From assembly GCA_050633305.1 (NCBI GenBank), contig JBOEGF010000019.1:96001-160000 (forward strand): DNA of 64,000 nt, written 5' to 3'. Position 1 is the stretch's first letter. Each line of letters starts with the position of its first letter. The notes beneath the pieces are model-generated. The model was not told the DNA's origin. It was given only the letters and a program-made list of their open reading frames with translations, and searched no databases. This document shows, one piece after another, positions 43,908 to 53,841 of this stretch. The translations under genes and the position numbers were made by a program. The stretch is from Nannocystales bacterium (lineage in GTDB: Bacteria > Myxococcota_A > Polyangia > Nannocystales > Nannocystaceae).

Positions 43908-45692
43908 TCACGACAGCGAGATGGCGCTGACGATAGCGTCTTCGACGTCGTGCTTGCGCAGGAACGCCTCGCGCTCGGACTTCATCTGGGTGACCCAGGT
44001 TTCGTACTCGTCCATCCGTCCCTTGGCTTCGAAGAACCGGCGCGGCTGGAGAAGTTCGACGGGAACCTTGCTCACGAGCTCTTGGTTCTCGGGCGCATCG
44101 ACATCGACGACCTCGTAGCCGAAGTCAGGGTCCTTGGTCCAAACGATCTTGCCGCCGATCAGGGCCTCGAGCATCGCCGAGCTGTGGCGGATCTTGACCT
44201 TGTGGGCCTCGCCAGCCTCGACCTCTTTGGTGCTGCCACCGATGTAGCCGGTGTTCATCAGCCACATCGTCGTCTCGCCGAACGAACGGGCCAGCTCGGA
44301 GAAGCGCTTGGCCTGAAGGCTGTGTGAGAGCGGGAAGAAGGGCTGGGTGAACGGCGAGCGCGTCCGACCGCGGTCCTTGCCCGCCGCGGAAGTCTTGCTG
44401 GTCTCACCGAGCATGAAGTAGGCGGCGGCCTGGTGCGGGTCGGAGAAGCGCACGATCCCCGGCGTTGCGGCGTCGGAGCCTTCGTCCCGGTTGAGGATGC
44501 CCAGCGAGTGCATGTTGGGCACGTTGTGCAGGTCGGCCGCGTTCTCGATGGCGCTCATCGGAATGATGCTGCGGCCGTTCTGGCTCCACACGACGAAGTC
44601 CCAGCCGTCTTGCGGAATGCCGCCTTCGACCACGTCCGCCGAGGTGACTTCACCGCTGATGTACTTGTCGACGTTGGCCTCTGGAGCGCCGGTCCCAATG
44701 AGGACATCGCGCAGCCGTTTGACGTCGTCAGCGGAGAGCACCGCCTTGAAGAAGTCGGGTTGCCCCGCATCGTCGATGTGGACGTTCTCGAGCCAGGCGG
44801 TCTCGTGCACGGTGCCGCGGTAGATGACCGGCTCGTTTGCCTCCTTGAGGCCTTCGGTCTTCGCGAAACAGCCGTTCTCGGTGATCGAGATCTCGCCGTT
44901 GTTCCAGATGGCGATCATGTCGTCCTGGATCGGCTCGACCATCTCCCCTTGCTTGGAGAACGTGGTGGTGGTCTTTCCGGTGCCCGAAAGCCCGAGGATC
45001 GACATGGTGAGCGCGCCGCCGTCCTTGGTGTGAACCGCCTTGGCGCCGGAGTGCATCAGCAAGCCGCCGTTGCGGTAGATGAGCGCGGCGGACATCCGCA
45101 GTGCGCCCTTCTTGGACTCGCCGAAGTAGTCGGGGCCCATGATGTACGTGACGTAGTTGTCCAGGTCGACGATGATCGCCTGGCCGCCCGGCATGTCGGG
45201 ATGGTGGTCCGGGGTGTAGACCAACCGGAATGCGGGCTGGAACTCTTCGGCTTGCTTTTCGGGCGTCTCGACCGCGGAGCGGGGGAAGGAGAGCACCTGC
45301 TGCATGCCTGCGATGTTGGCCGCCTCGAGTGTGTACAGCCACTGCACCGGGAGCGCACGAGGACCAACGCCAACGTACGCGTCGATGCGAATGAGCTTGC
45401 CCTTACTCTTGATGTACTCCGTCTGCTTCTCGATCAGGGCCTCGGCCTTGGCCGGCTCGATCGTGTTGTGGGAGTAAGCGCTCGCATCACCCTTGCGGTC
45501 GATGATGTACGTGAACTTGGCCATCCGCGCCTTGTTCCGAGCCACCTTGTTGATGTTGCCCAGGGCGGTCTTGGTGCAGAACGGCGTGTGCTCGAGGGCG
45601 AGCTCGCGCAGCTGCTTCTGCTCCGGGTTGGCAAGGATTTCGACGTCGAAAGGGATCGCCGGTTGGGTCGGCAGGTCGATGCTCGCAGACAT
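43908..45692 (-). CDS. pckA: Phosphoenolpyruvate carboxykinase (ATP), divergent
   Basis: YFGESKKG, MHSGA, GLSGTGKTT, QDD, ENGCFAKT, ENV, NGR and NTG motifs. Confidence 0.88.
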   Translation of the reverse strand: MSASIDLPTQPAIPFDVEILANPEQKQLRELALEHTPFCTKTALGNINKVARNKARMAKFTYIIDRKGDASAYSHNTIEPAKAEALIEKQTEYIKSKGKLIRIDAYVGVGPRALPVQWLYTLEAANIAGMQQVLSFPRSAVETPEKQAEEFQPAFRLVYTPDHHPDMPGGQAIIVDLDNYVTYIMGPDYFGESKKGALRMSAALIYRNGGLLMHSGAKAVHTKDGGALTMSILGLSGTGKTTTTFSKQGEMVEPIQDDMIAIWNNGEISITENGCFAKTEGLKEANEPVIYRGTVHETAWLENVHIDDAGQPDFFKAVLSADDVKRLRDVLIGTGAPEANVDKYISGEVTSADVVEGGIPQDGWDFVVWSQNGRSIIPMSAIENAADLHNVPNMHSLGILNRDEGSDAATPGIVRFSDPHQAAAYFMLGETSKTSAAGKDRGRTRSPFTQPFFPLSHSLQAKRFSELARSFGETTMWLMNTGYIGGSTKEVEAGEAHKVKIRHSSAMLEALIGGKIVWTKDPDFGYEVVDVDAPENQELVSKVPVELLQPRRFFEAKGRMDEYETWVTQMKSEREAFLRKHDVEDAIVSAISLS

Positions 45693-45864
45693 GTTGTTTG
45701 GTCCGTTCCCGTAGAGAAGAAGGACCTGGTTGGTATCACGGCGACCGGCAGCGTTTCCATAGCGGCCCGGTTGCATCGGCCGAAGCGACCCAGAGTGAGA
45801 CGCTTTCGGCCAACGCGGTGCCTGCGCTGCCCGCGAAAGTGAGCAACGTCAATTTGAACGTGTC

Positions 45865-48800
45865 TCAGCGCGTCCAGAAGACCTTGGCGGCCCGCGTCGT
45901 CCCGGCCGGAACGGACAGAGCGACCGTTCTGCGCCCGTGCGGCGTGACGAGCTGCAGGTTCGCTGCGATCGGGGGAGCAACGCTTTGCACACCATCGACC
46001 CGCCTTCGGGAGACCTCGACGAAGACCGACCCGCGGACCTTGGACAGATCCAGTTCCTCGCGGCCCGGGCTCTCCAGAGTTCGTGCGGATCCGCGGTCAT
46101 GGAGTGTGGAGATCCTCCGACCGCGCCGATCGATGATCGCGACGTCGAGGTCGTCGCGGCCGGTCCAGGTCAAGGCGGCGCGAAGTTGGCCACGCCGGCT
46201 CAGCTTAGGGGCAGCCGCGATGACTGCCTTGTCGAGCTGTGCTGTGAAGGCACCGATGTTGCCGCGCGTGATGATGGTGCTCTTGATGGCCGCAGCCCTG
46301 GTGTCCGCGGCTTCGGTGGCTCGCCCTGCACGCTGAAGGCATGCGATGAGCCCGGCGTGGTGTTGCACGGTGGGCTTGATGCTCACGAGAGCCCGTCGGT
46401 GTGAGCACGAACGCGGCATGTCGCCCTCGTTCTCGAAGGCACGGGCGAGCGACTCGTGTTCTCGCGAGGAGAACGGTCGCACTTCGACGACGCTCTCATA
46501 GGCACGCAGCGCGATGGGGTCTCCCTCGCGTGCCAGTGCATCGGCCAGGGTTTCGAGGGCGCCCGCGTGGTCTGGGTCGACATCGGCCCACGCTCGCGCA
46601 AATGCCAGCGTCTCCGGGTGACCGACTGCGAGCGCGGTTCTGACCAGCTTGCTGTGGGTCGCGCGGTCGGTCGGGTTTGCTGCGACGGCGGTGGCGAGGG
46701 CCTGGACACGACCGGTGTCGCGGCTACGAGCAGTGGGGAACTCTCGGATTGCGAGATGCGGAGGTCGCCGTCGGCCCCAACCACTCCGGGACTTCCTCTT
46801 GCGCGACTTGGGCGGCTGCTCTCGATTCCACGGGTCCAAGTTGTCCGTCGGCTTGTTTTCTCCCTTTTTCCAACCGCCCTGCTCCTGTGATGGTTTCTTC
46901 TTGGGCTTCGCGGTTCGTCGCTCGTCCATGGGTGGCACGGACGCGGGGGCAGCCCGCGAGGGCCGCGCGGTCGAGCCTGACGCCTTTCCGCCGGCACCGT
47001 GACCGGCTCCATCGATCAGGCCGCCAAAGCTCTGGCCAGCGTCGGTGTCCTCATCCTCGGTCACCACGTCGTCGAGGTGGACGCGGCCTGCCCCGGACGC
47101 CGGTTTGGGGTCTGGCTCTGGCTCTGCCTCCGGCTCCGGTTGGTCCTTGTAGAAGTCTCGGTCCGGCGTCTCGAACGCTTCGCTGCCGTCGGTCGCCGCC
47201 GCAGGGGGCAACGTTGGGGTGTCCGTCGGTCCGGCGGAAGGACGGTCTTTGCCGTTTTCCAACCTGTTCCGCTGAGCCGCCACGCCGCTGGGCGCAGTGT
47301 CGTTCTTCAACTTGTCGATGCTGGCCGTGTTGGGTCGCTCTTCCTCCGCTTCGGCGGTCTCGGTGATGCGCCCTTCGACCGTCGGGGCTTCTTTGGTCCC
47401 GCCTCCCAGCTTCCCGTCCCACTTCGCCGTGTTCGTGGCGCTCCGCACCACGTTGAACTCGCGGAACATCGCGTCGTTCTCGAGCACCAGCAACGCGGTA
47501 TGTCGAGACAGGACGGTGTAGTCCTTGGACAGGGCGATGATGTCATCTTTGGCCCGGAAGCCTTCGGTCTTCGTCAGATGCTGAATCTGCATCTTCGCCC
47601 ACGTTCGAGGGAGGTGTGCATCGACCGTGTTGGTGCTCGTCTGCGAGGCGGAGAGTTGGACCGGGAACGTGCTCGACACCGGGCCATTGGGCCCGTCGCC
47701 GCGGAGGACGATGTTGCCCGCGACCCGATGGTGGAGCTTTCCGGTCACCACGACCGTGTCTCCTGGGCGAACCGCAGACACATTGTTCATGCGGGCCATG
47801 ACCATGCCGTCTGGGAGGTCGAGCGATGCGTTGCGCAGGGCCGGGACCTCGGCTCGAAGTCGTAACTCGCGGACCATCGCGCGCAGGTCATCGCGGGCGT
47901 CGGCCTGCACGAGGTCGCCACCGGTCACGTCGACAACGGCTTGCAGCGCGGTCAGGTCGCTACGGGATCCCAGCGCGACGGCGAGCACCCGCGTGTTGGC
48001 CATCGGAGCTCGAAGCAGGTCGGTGATGCCGTCAGGGGCCATCTCCCCCGAGGTCGGGACGCCGTCGCCGAGATACACCACGACGTGTTGTGCCGAGGTG
48101 CCACTTCGAACCAGCACGTCGGCAGCCTGTTGGAGTGAGCCAGCAAGATCGCTGGCCCCCGCGAGGTCCTGGGTGTCGAGGAATTGCTGGGCGCGGCTGA
48201 CCGCCTCATTGCTCGGTGCTTGAAGGCCGTCCTGTTGCTCTTCGCACGCGCTGTCGCATGCCAGGACGGTGAACCGGTCGTCCTCGTCCATCAGCTCGGT
48301 CATCGCGTCGACGACTCCCCGTGCGGTCGTCCACAGCTCGGGTGAGGTGCTGTGGCTCCGGTCGAGCACGAACGCGTAGTGGACGGGGCGCTCATCGATC
48401 CCCATCTCGAACTGGGGCTCCATCGCGACCATGAAGTAGGCCTGCCCGTCCTGGTCGAGGAATGTCCGACTGTGCACGGGTCGCTCCGCCTCGGGCACGG
48501 GGACGTCGAGGCCGAGGTCATAGGTCGGCAGGAAAGCTTCGCGCTCGGTGTGCAACTCGATGACGTCGCCCCGGTCGCGTCGCTCCAACGCCAACATCGG
48601 TGTGGTGATGTCGTCGAGCTGCTCGCTGGGGATCTCCGAACCATCGAGTCGAACGGTGAACGCGAAGTTGTCGATGGGGGTGCCGGTCGCTCCTGACCCT
48701 CCCAGCGGGTACCGATAGCGGAGCTTGCCCCCGACGATGGGAAGAACCTGCGTATAGGAGAGCTTCACGCGACGCTCGCCGCGGCCGGGAATCGGGAAGA

Positions 48801-49848
48801 TGCGAAGCTTGAACACGTTGCCGCGCTCCCACTCGAGCAGGGCGGGGTCGCGCGGGACGGTGGCGTCGACGATCTGCTGGAAGATCCGTCGTGCCCGCTG
48901 CTTTTCGACCACCTCGCCGTCCATCCACGTGTTGCCGACGAGCAGCGAGAGTCCGGAGATCGAGCCATCCTCGGGAATGGGGAACCGGTAGATGCCTTCG
49001 AGGACGCTGGGCTGGTCGTTGAAGAACGCTTGCTCGACCTCGGTGTGGGCGACGCGCCCGGAGATGCTCACGGTGACCCGGTGATCGGTCAGCCGCATCG
49101 CTTGTCGTTCGTTCTGGCTTCCCGCCCGACGGGCGGTGAGGCTGCCGACACCACGAGGCACCGCGTCGGCCATCGAAGCGGCCGCGTCGAATGTCCGAGC
49201 CCAGCCTGTATCGGTCAGCGGAGAAAGGCTGCGGACGGGCTTGGGGGGCTCGGCTTGGGCGAGCTTGGGCAGGGGGGTCTCGATGGTGTCGCCTGCGTTG
49301 AGCGAGACCGTGCGGTCACCGGAGGCCAACGACGCGTGTCCGTGGAGCACGGCAAAGCGGTGGGTGTCGCCTTCCGCTCGGACTTGAACCTCGCCCGTTT
49401 CGAGGGTCAGTGTGTCGTCCCCGGTGCGAACGACGACGTCGCCAGTATCCTTCGTGGTCGTGGCGACGAGCTCTCCCCGGTCGAGGCTAACCGCGCCGGG
49501 GTGATCTCCCCCCGGGAGAGAGAGGCGCGTGTCTTCGTTCATGTAGAGGTGGCCGCCTTGGTCGAGTTCGAGCTCGGCCAACGTGCCCTTGGCCGTCTTC
49601 AGCCCGACGCCGGCCTCAAAGCGGCCCCCAGCCCCAACGAAGGTGCCCGCAGCAAGGTCGGGAGATGTGATGCCGCCGGGACCAGAGATCGACGTGACCT
49701 TGGCGCCCGACCCCCCGCCCTTGGGGTCCTCCGAGGCCGAATTCTCGGTTTGGGGGTTGGTCGGAGCATCACTGCTCTGCTCGCAGGCCGACAGACCGAG
49801 CACTGCTCCTGCGAGCAGGGGGAGAACATTCGAGGCAACAGCACGCAT
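45865..49848 (-). CDS. Large lipoprotein: FecR-like + VIT + vWA + low-complexity + TPR
   Basis: Lipobox LSAC; VIT motifs A.TEVEQAF.N...LEG.Y.FP, DPALLEW, RIFPIP; vWA VLDRSHS, LGDG.PT; LS..TALLVLE. Confidence 0.88.
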   Translation of the reverse strand: MRAVASNVLPLLAGAVLGLSACEQSSDAPTNPQTENSASEDPKGGGSGAKVTSISGPGGITSPDLAAGTFVGAGGRFEAGVGLKTAKGTLAELELDQGGHLYMNEDTRLSLPGGDHPGAVSLDRGELVATTTKDTGDVVVRTGDDTLTLETGEVQVRAEGDTHRFAVLHGHASLASGDRTVSLNAGDTIETPLPKLAQAEPPKPVRSLSPLTDTGWARTFDAAASMADAVPRGVGSLTARRAGSQNERQAMRLTDHRVTVSISGRVAHTEVEQAFFNDQPSVLEGIYRFPIPEDGSISGLSLLVGNTWMDGEVVEKQRARRIFQQIVDATVPRDPALLEWERGNVFKLRIFPIPGRGERRVKLSYTQVLPIVGGKLRYRYPLGGSGATGTPIDNFAFTVRLDGSEIPSEQLDDITTPMLALERRDRGDVIELHTEREAFLPTYDLGLDVPVPEAERPVHSRTFLDQDGQAYFMVAMEPQFEMGIDERPVHYAFVLDRSHSTSPELWTTARGVVDAMTELMDEDDRFTVLACDSACEEQQDGLQAPSNEAVSRAQQFLDTQDLAGASDLAGSLQQAADVLVRSGTSAQHVVVYLGDGVPTSGEMAPDGITDLLRAPMANTRVLAVALGSRSDLTALQAVVDVTGGDLVQADARDDLRAMVRELRLRAEVPALRNASLDLPDGMVMARMNNVSAVRPGDTVVVTGKLHHRVAGNIVLRGDGPNGPVSSTFPVQLSASQTSTNTVDAHLPRTWAKMQIQHLTKTEGFRAKDDIIALSKDYTVLSRHTALLVLENDAMFREFNVVRSATNTAKWDGKLGGGTKEAPTVEGRITETAEAEEERPNTASIDKLKNDTAPSGVAAQRNRLENGKDRPSAGPTDTPTLPPAAATDGSEAFETPDRDFYKDQPEPEAEPEPDPKPASGAGRVHLDDVVTEDEDTDAGQSFGGLIDGAGHGAGGKASGSTARPSRAAPASVPPMDERRTAKPKKKPSQEQGGWKKGENKPTDNLDPWNREQPPKSRKRKSRSGWGRRRPPHLAIREFPTARSRDTGRVQALATAVAANPTDRATHSKLVRTALAVGHPETLAFARAWADVDPDHAGALETLADALAREGDPIALRAYESVVEVRPFSSREHESLARAFENEGDMPRSCSHRRALVSIKPTVQHHAGLIACLQRAGRATEAADTRAAAIKSTIITRGNIGAFTAQLDKAVIAAAPKLSRRGQLRAALTWTGRDDLDVAIIDRRGRRISTLHDRGSARTLESPGREELDLSKVRGSVFVEVSRRRVDGVQSVAPPIAANLQLVTPHGRRTVALSVPAGTTRAAKVFWTR

Positions 49849-50012
49849 CAGGACACCGGGGGGTCCCCAACGCGTGTCCCCGCCCGATGGGTCTATCCGC
49901 GACTCGCGAAAACCGGGGAGGCGCTCTCCACGGTGGGGCGGCCAGTGCAGCGAGGTTCGCGCAGGTGTTCAGCGATGACAAGTCCGCTCAACCGCAATAA
50001 CCTGCTTGGCGC

Positions 50013-50843
50013 ATGTCTGCCGCGCGGGAGACGTTTCTCGCTCACGTACGTACGCCCGACCTCGATGCCGAGGTCCATGGCTTACGGCTGTCTCTCACGA
50101 ACATGAAGCGTGAGGCACTTGAGCAAGTTGCCCGAATGGATGAACAGCGGGCGGCGCTGGTCATGCCAGGGCTCTACGAGCAGCTGGTTCAGACCACGAC
50201 CCAGCTTGCCGGCCACACAGGCCTGGCGATCGGGATTTGTCTCTCGGTGCTCGACGAACACAACTCCGGGGCGTCGCTCTCTCGGTTTGATCGCGAACTT
50301 CGCGAGCAGATGAGTGAGATCAGCCTCGAGATGGGCGAGCGGCACGGCAGCCGGCTCGCCAAGATGGTGGCTGAGGTCGAGGCCCAGCGGCTCATCTGGC
50401 GGCACAGTCACGAGTTCATGTCGTGGCTTGCGTTCCGCCGGGGCGACGATCGCTACCCCGCCAAGGACCGGCTCGAACGTCTTGGCGCGTTTGGTCTGCA
50501 ACAACGGTTGCTCGAGGCTCGGGGCAAGGTCATCGAGCGGGTCGGCATTGGCCTCTCGGCGGCGGTCGAGGGATCGGACCGGTTCCTGCTCGGCAATCGC
50601 TGGCGTCTGTCGGACGGACCCGAGCACGCGCTCGAGCGATACGTCTGGCCGTTGCTCTCCTATCTGCCCCCAAGCGCGGTGAAGATCGAGCGGATGCGAT
50701 GGGAGTACGACGCGATGGCGGAAGGCGACGCCGAGGAGGCCCGACTCGAAGGCGAGCGCGCCAAGCTCTCCGGGTTGCTCGAGGCCCAACTTGCCCAATC
50801 CTTGCGGACGTTGCCCGAGGGCGCGAACGCAGGCGAACTCTGA
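50013..50843 (+). CDS. Hypothetical alpha-helical protein
   Basis: Long ORF with coding-like composition; 12 bp upstream of the kinase-like gene. Confidence 0.75.
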   Translation: MSAARETFLAHVRTPDLDAEVHGLRLSLTNMKREALEQVARMDEQRAALVMPGLYEQLVQTTTQLAGHTGLAIGICLSVLDEHNSGASLSRFDRELREQMSEISLEMGERHGSRLAKMVAEVEAQRLIWRHSHEFMSWLAFRRGDDRYPAKDRLERLGAFGLQQRLLEARGKVIERVGIGLSAAVEGSDRFLLGNRWRLSDGPEHALERYVWPLLSYLPPSAVKIERMRWEYDAMAEGDAEEARLEGERAKLSGLLEAQLAQSLRTLPEGANAGEL

Positions 50844-50855
50844 GGGCCTTGAGCT

Positions 50856-52025
50856 ATGCATCCCGACCCGCTTGGCCTCATCGGCGCCACCATGGGCGCG
50901 CGCTATGACGTGCTCACGTGCCTGGCGGTCCATGGCGCACGGGTCATCTACAAGGCCCAGCATCGCGAGTGGGGCCGACCGGTCCGACTCGAGGCGTTTG
51001 CCGGGGGGGCCGAGCAGCAACGCAAGGCATTCGTCGATGCTGGCGGAGCGATCGCCGAACTCGGTACGCGTTTCTCAGCGATCGCGCAGGTTCGTGACGG
51101 TGGGGTTCATGCAGGCCCCGGCGGGCCGGTGGCGTTTGTCGTCAGCGAGTGGGTCGATGGTCCGCCGTTGGCCGATGCGATCGTCAGCAGCGGGCGCACT
51201 CGGTTCGCGCCTGAGCAAGTGCTCGAGTGGATGGACCCCGTGCTCGATGCTGTTGTGGCCGCGCACCGCGAAGGGGTTGTGCATGGGCACTTCGATCCCG
51301 ACGCGTTTTGGGTGATGGGCACGCTCGGTCCGCGGGCGAGCTTCAAGATCGATGGCCTCGTCGAAGGCGCGTGGCGGCCCAAGCTCCAAGCAGGATCGAT
51401 GCCCAGCCGGGTGCCATCCACGGGCTTCGCCGCACCGGAGCTCGCCTCGGGCGACACGACGCTGCTGGGTCCCTGGACCGACGTCTATGGCCTCGCTGCG
51501 GTAATGTCCGTGCTGCTGTGTGGGTCGAGCAGCGCGGCCATGCGGGATCGGGCGCTTCCCCCCGGGGTCAAGTACGCCTTCGACAAAGCCCTCAACCCGC
51601 GCATCGATGCTCGGTTCAAGACGCTCGCTGCATTCCGGGCGACGATGATGGAGGGGATGGCGCAGACCCTCGAGGGGAAGTCCCGTCCGAACCCGCGTCG
51701 CACGATGGTTGTCGCCGACGTGGAGTCTCAGATGGCCGAAGGGTCCGCCGGAGGCTTCGAGGTCAGCGACGACGACGGCCAGGTCGAGGTGCCAAGGCCG
51801 TCTCGCAGCAAGGCCCGGGTCCGTCTCGCGTACACCCAGCCGGCCATGTCGGTTCCCGACGCGATCGCCAACCTCGACGCTCAGCGACCGCCGCTGCCTC
51901 CCACGGGACCTCAGCCGGTCGCGCCACCCAAGAAGTCGTCGGGCAACTTCGTCGCTCTACTCGCGGTGCTCCTGGTGGTCGCGGTGGGCGGCGGCGTGAT
52001 CGTCGGCTACATGCTGTTCCGCTAG
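50856..52025 (+). CDS. Ser/Thr kinase-like protein (probable pseudokinase) with C-terminal TM
   Basis: Kinase-fold remnants (FAAPE, TDVYGLA) but HGHFDPDA replaces HRDxKPxN; no VAIK Lys, DFG or Gly loop. Confidence 0.8.
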   Translation: MHPDPLGLIGATMGARYDVLTCLAVHGARVIYKAQHREWGRPVRLEAFAGGAEQQRKAFVDAGGAIAELGTRFSAIAQVRDGGVHAGPGGPVAFVVSEWVDGPPLADAIVSSGRTRFAPEQVLEWMDPVLDAVVAAHREGVVHGHFDPDAFWVMGTLGPRASFKIDGLVEGAWRPKLQAGSMPSRVPSTGFAAPELASGDTTLLGPWTDVYGLAAVMSVLLCGSSSAAMRDRALPPGVKYAFDKALNPRIDARFKTLAAFRATMMEGMAQTLEGKSRPNPRRTMVVADVESQMAEGSAGGFEVSDDDGQVEVPRPSRSKARVRLAYTQPAMSVPDAIANLDAQRPPLPPTGPQPVAPPKKSSGNFVALLAVLLVVAVGGGVIVGYMLFR

Positions 52026-52028
52026 ACG

Positions 52029-52673
52029 CTACGCGCCTGTCGTCGTGGTTCCGGTTGTATCGGTATCGGTATCGGTATCGGTGCCACTCGAAGATGAGGA
52101 TGTCGACGTGGTGTCGCCCGTTGTCGTGCTCTCGCCGGTGGTGGGCTCCGGTCCGCCCGTGGGATCGAAGCCCTCGGCGTCGAATGAGCACAGGCTCTGC
52201 ACGCCCGTGAGCGCCACGCAGTTCATACCGTCGGGGCATTGTTGGCCGTCGCTGCAGTCGAGTACGCACGCGGGTTCGCCCCCGGGCAGGACGGGAGCAC
52301 ACTGCGGCTCGGCTGCTGACCCTTCGGGCGCCGCCCAGCAGTCACACCGGTCGGTGCAAGCGAGGATGCAGGTCCCCCATGCGGGGTTGGTCGTCGAGTT
52401 CGCGAGGCACGAGGCTTCTTCGTTCCCGCAGGCTTGCGCGTTGCCGTTGATGCAGTCGCCCCACTGACCCGACAGCGGTTCCCCACATGCCGAGCCGAAG
52501 GTCTCCGGTTCTGGCTCGGGTTCCTCGGTCGTGCTCGATGTCGTGCTCACCTCGGTCGTGCCCATGGGGGACGTCGCAGAATCCGTGGCCGTCGCGGCGC
52601 TGTCCGCCGGGTCGCCGGAAGGGCAGGCGGCCAGAAGCAGCAGGCTGATCAAGGCACCGATGTTCGCTCGCAT
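52029..52673 (-). CDS. Cys-rich lipoprotein with Thr/Asp tail
   Basis: Lipobox LAAC; C.LDCS....CP.GM.C; (gtatcg)4 at 52057-52080 encodes DT repeats. Confidence 0.8.
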   Translation of the reverse strand: MRANIGALISLLLLAACPSGDPADSAATATDSATSPMGTTEVSTTSSTTEEPEPEPETFGSACGEPLSGQWGDCINGNAQACGNEEASCLANSTTNPAWGTCILACTDRCDCWAAPEGSAAEPQCAPVLPGGEPACVLDCSDGQQCPDGMNCVALTGVQSLCSFDAEGFDPTGGPEPTTGESTTTGDTTSTSSSSSGTDTDTDTDTTGTTTTGA

Positions 52674-52926
52674 CCAGAGTCAGGATCGCAGTCGGACCCG
52701 CACAGCGTCAAACCTCGCGCAGTTCCGATCCGGCGCGAAGCCGAGCGATGGCCGCGCTCACGAGTTTCTGTCACGTGCCGAGCGAAAAAGAGCGGAAGGT
52801 ATTCCAAGTGTCTGAAAGTAATGGGTTCTGTCGGCACGAAAAGAAAAACAAGCCCGCGATGACGGGCGGATGCGGCACCGGACACAGCACACGTGAAGGC
52901 CGACGAGGCCTGATGAGGACCTAACC

Positions 52927-53667
52927 ATGAAGCGTATCTCCACCCTTGCTCCCTTTGTGTTCGCCCTGCCACTCGCGGTCTCGTTTGCTGCCTGTGACCT
53001 CGAGAAAGAGGATGGTGCCGACACTGGCGCGGTCGTCGACGACGAGGACCTCGACGATGAAGATGCTCAGGACGATGACGGCGGTGGTGCGAGCTCGGCC
53101 GGCACCAGCGCAGACTCCGGAGAGCCCAAGGATGACGACGACTCCGACGCCGGGGTCGGGACCACCGACGGTGACAGCGATACCGACGGCGACGACGACG
53201 ACTCCGACACCGGAGTTGGAGGTGGTGAAGCCGACGGGTTCGCGATGTTGCACGGCGAGATCCCTGACATCGAAGACGACGGTGGGGCGGATACTGGGGG
53301 TTCCGGGGGCGATGGCGAGTCGGGCATCCCCGAGGACGCGCTCCTTGTCGTCCTCGATGGCGACGGCACCGCAACCTGCGAGCAGCCTTGGGACGGCCCC
53401 AACTGCGGCGGCAACTGGCGGATCAGCTTCACGCTGATGCCCGACATGCAGGCGCCCGGCTCCTATGACCTGTTCGAAGAAGCGCTCGGCTCGTTCGGGT
53501 ATGCCGACGAGCTGTACCCCGAAGGCGATTGCGCATGGGGGGGGGGCTCGTTGGGCGGGACGCTCGTGATCGATGCGATCGACGACACCTCGGTGACGGG
53601 TCACATCGAAGACTCGGACGCGTTCGACTTCGACGCCGACGTGTCGTTCGTAGCACCCCGTTGCTAA
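52927..53667 (+). CDS. Highly acidic lipoprotein
   Basis: GAGG RBS; lipobox FAAC; Asp-rich linker; C-terminal F.A.RC domain. Confidence 0.82.
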   Translation: MKRISTLAPFVFALPLAVSFAACDLEKEDGADTGAVVDDEDLDDEDAQDDDGGGASSAGTSADSGEPKDDDDSDAGVGTTDGDSDTDGDDDDSDTGVGGGEADGFAMLHGEIPDIEDDGGADTGGSGGDGESGIPEDALLVVLDGDGTATCEQPWDGPNCGGNWRISFTLMPDMQAPGSYDLFEEALGSFGYADELYPEGDCAWGGGSLGGTLVIDAIDDTSVTGHIEDSDAFDFDADVSFVAPRC

Positions 53668-53841
53668 CGCTCGTCGACGAACACTTCAGCAGTGGAGCGG
53701 ATGATGGCGAGGGCGAGTCACGGCTGCGGTGCCGGGCGCCCTCGGGGGGTAGTGAAGACCGCGGGCATCGAGCATGGCGTGGAGAGCCGTCCTCGAGCCC
53801 TCGGTCTGCCTACGCCAGGCGAAGGCGATGCAGCTGGCGGA

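Noticed and set aside
52770..52845. Inverted cgtgccga/tcggcacg around an AT-rich core as a dif or sigma54 site
   Set aside because: Matches neither consensus; probably an ordinary divergent promoter region
52895..52935. Hammerhead ribozyme (ctgatgag core)
   Set aside because: No stem II followed by GAAA; the gagg is simply the RBS of the 52927 gene
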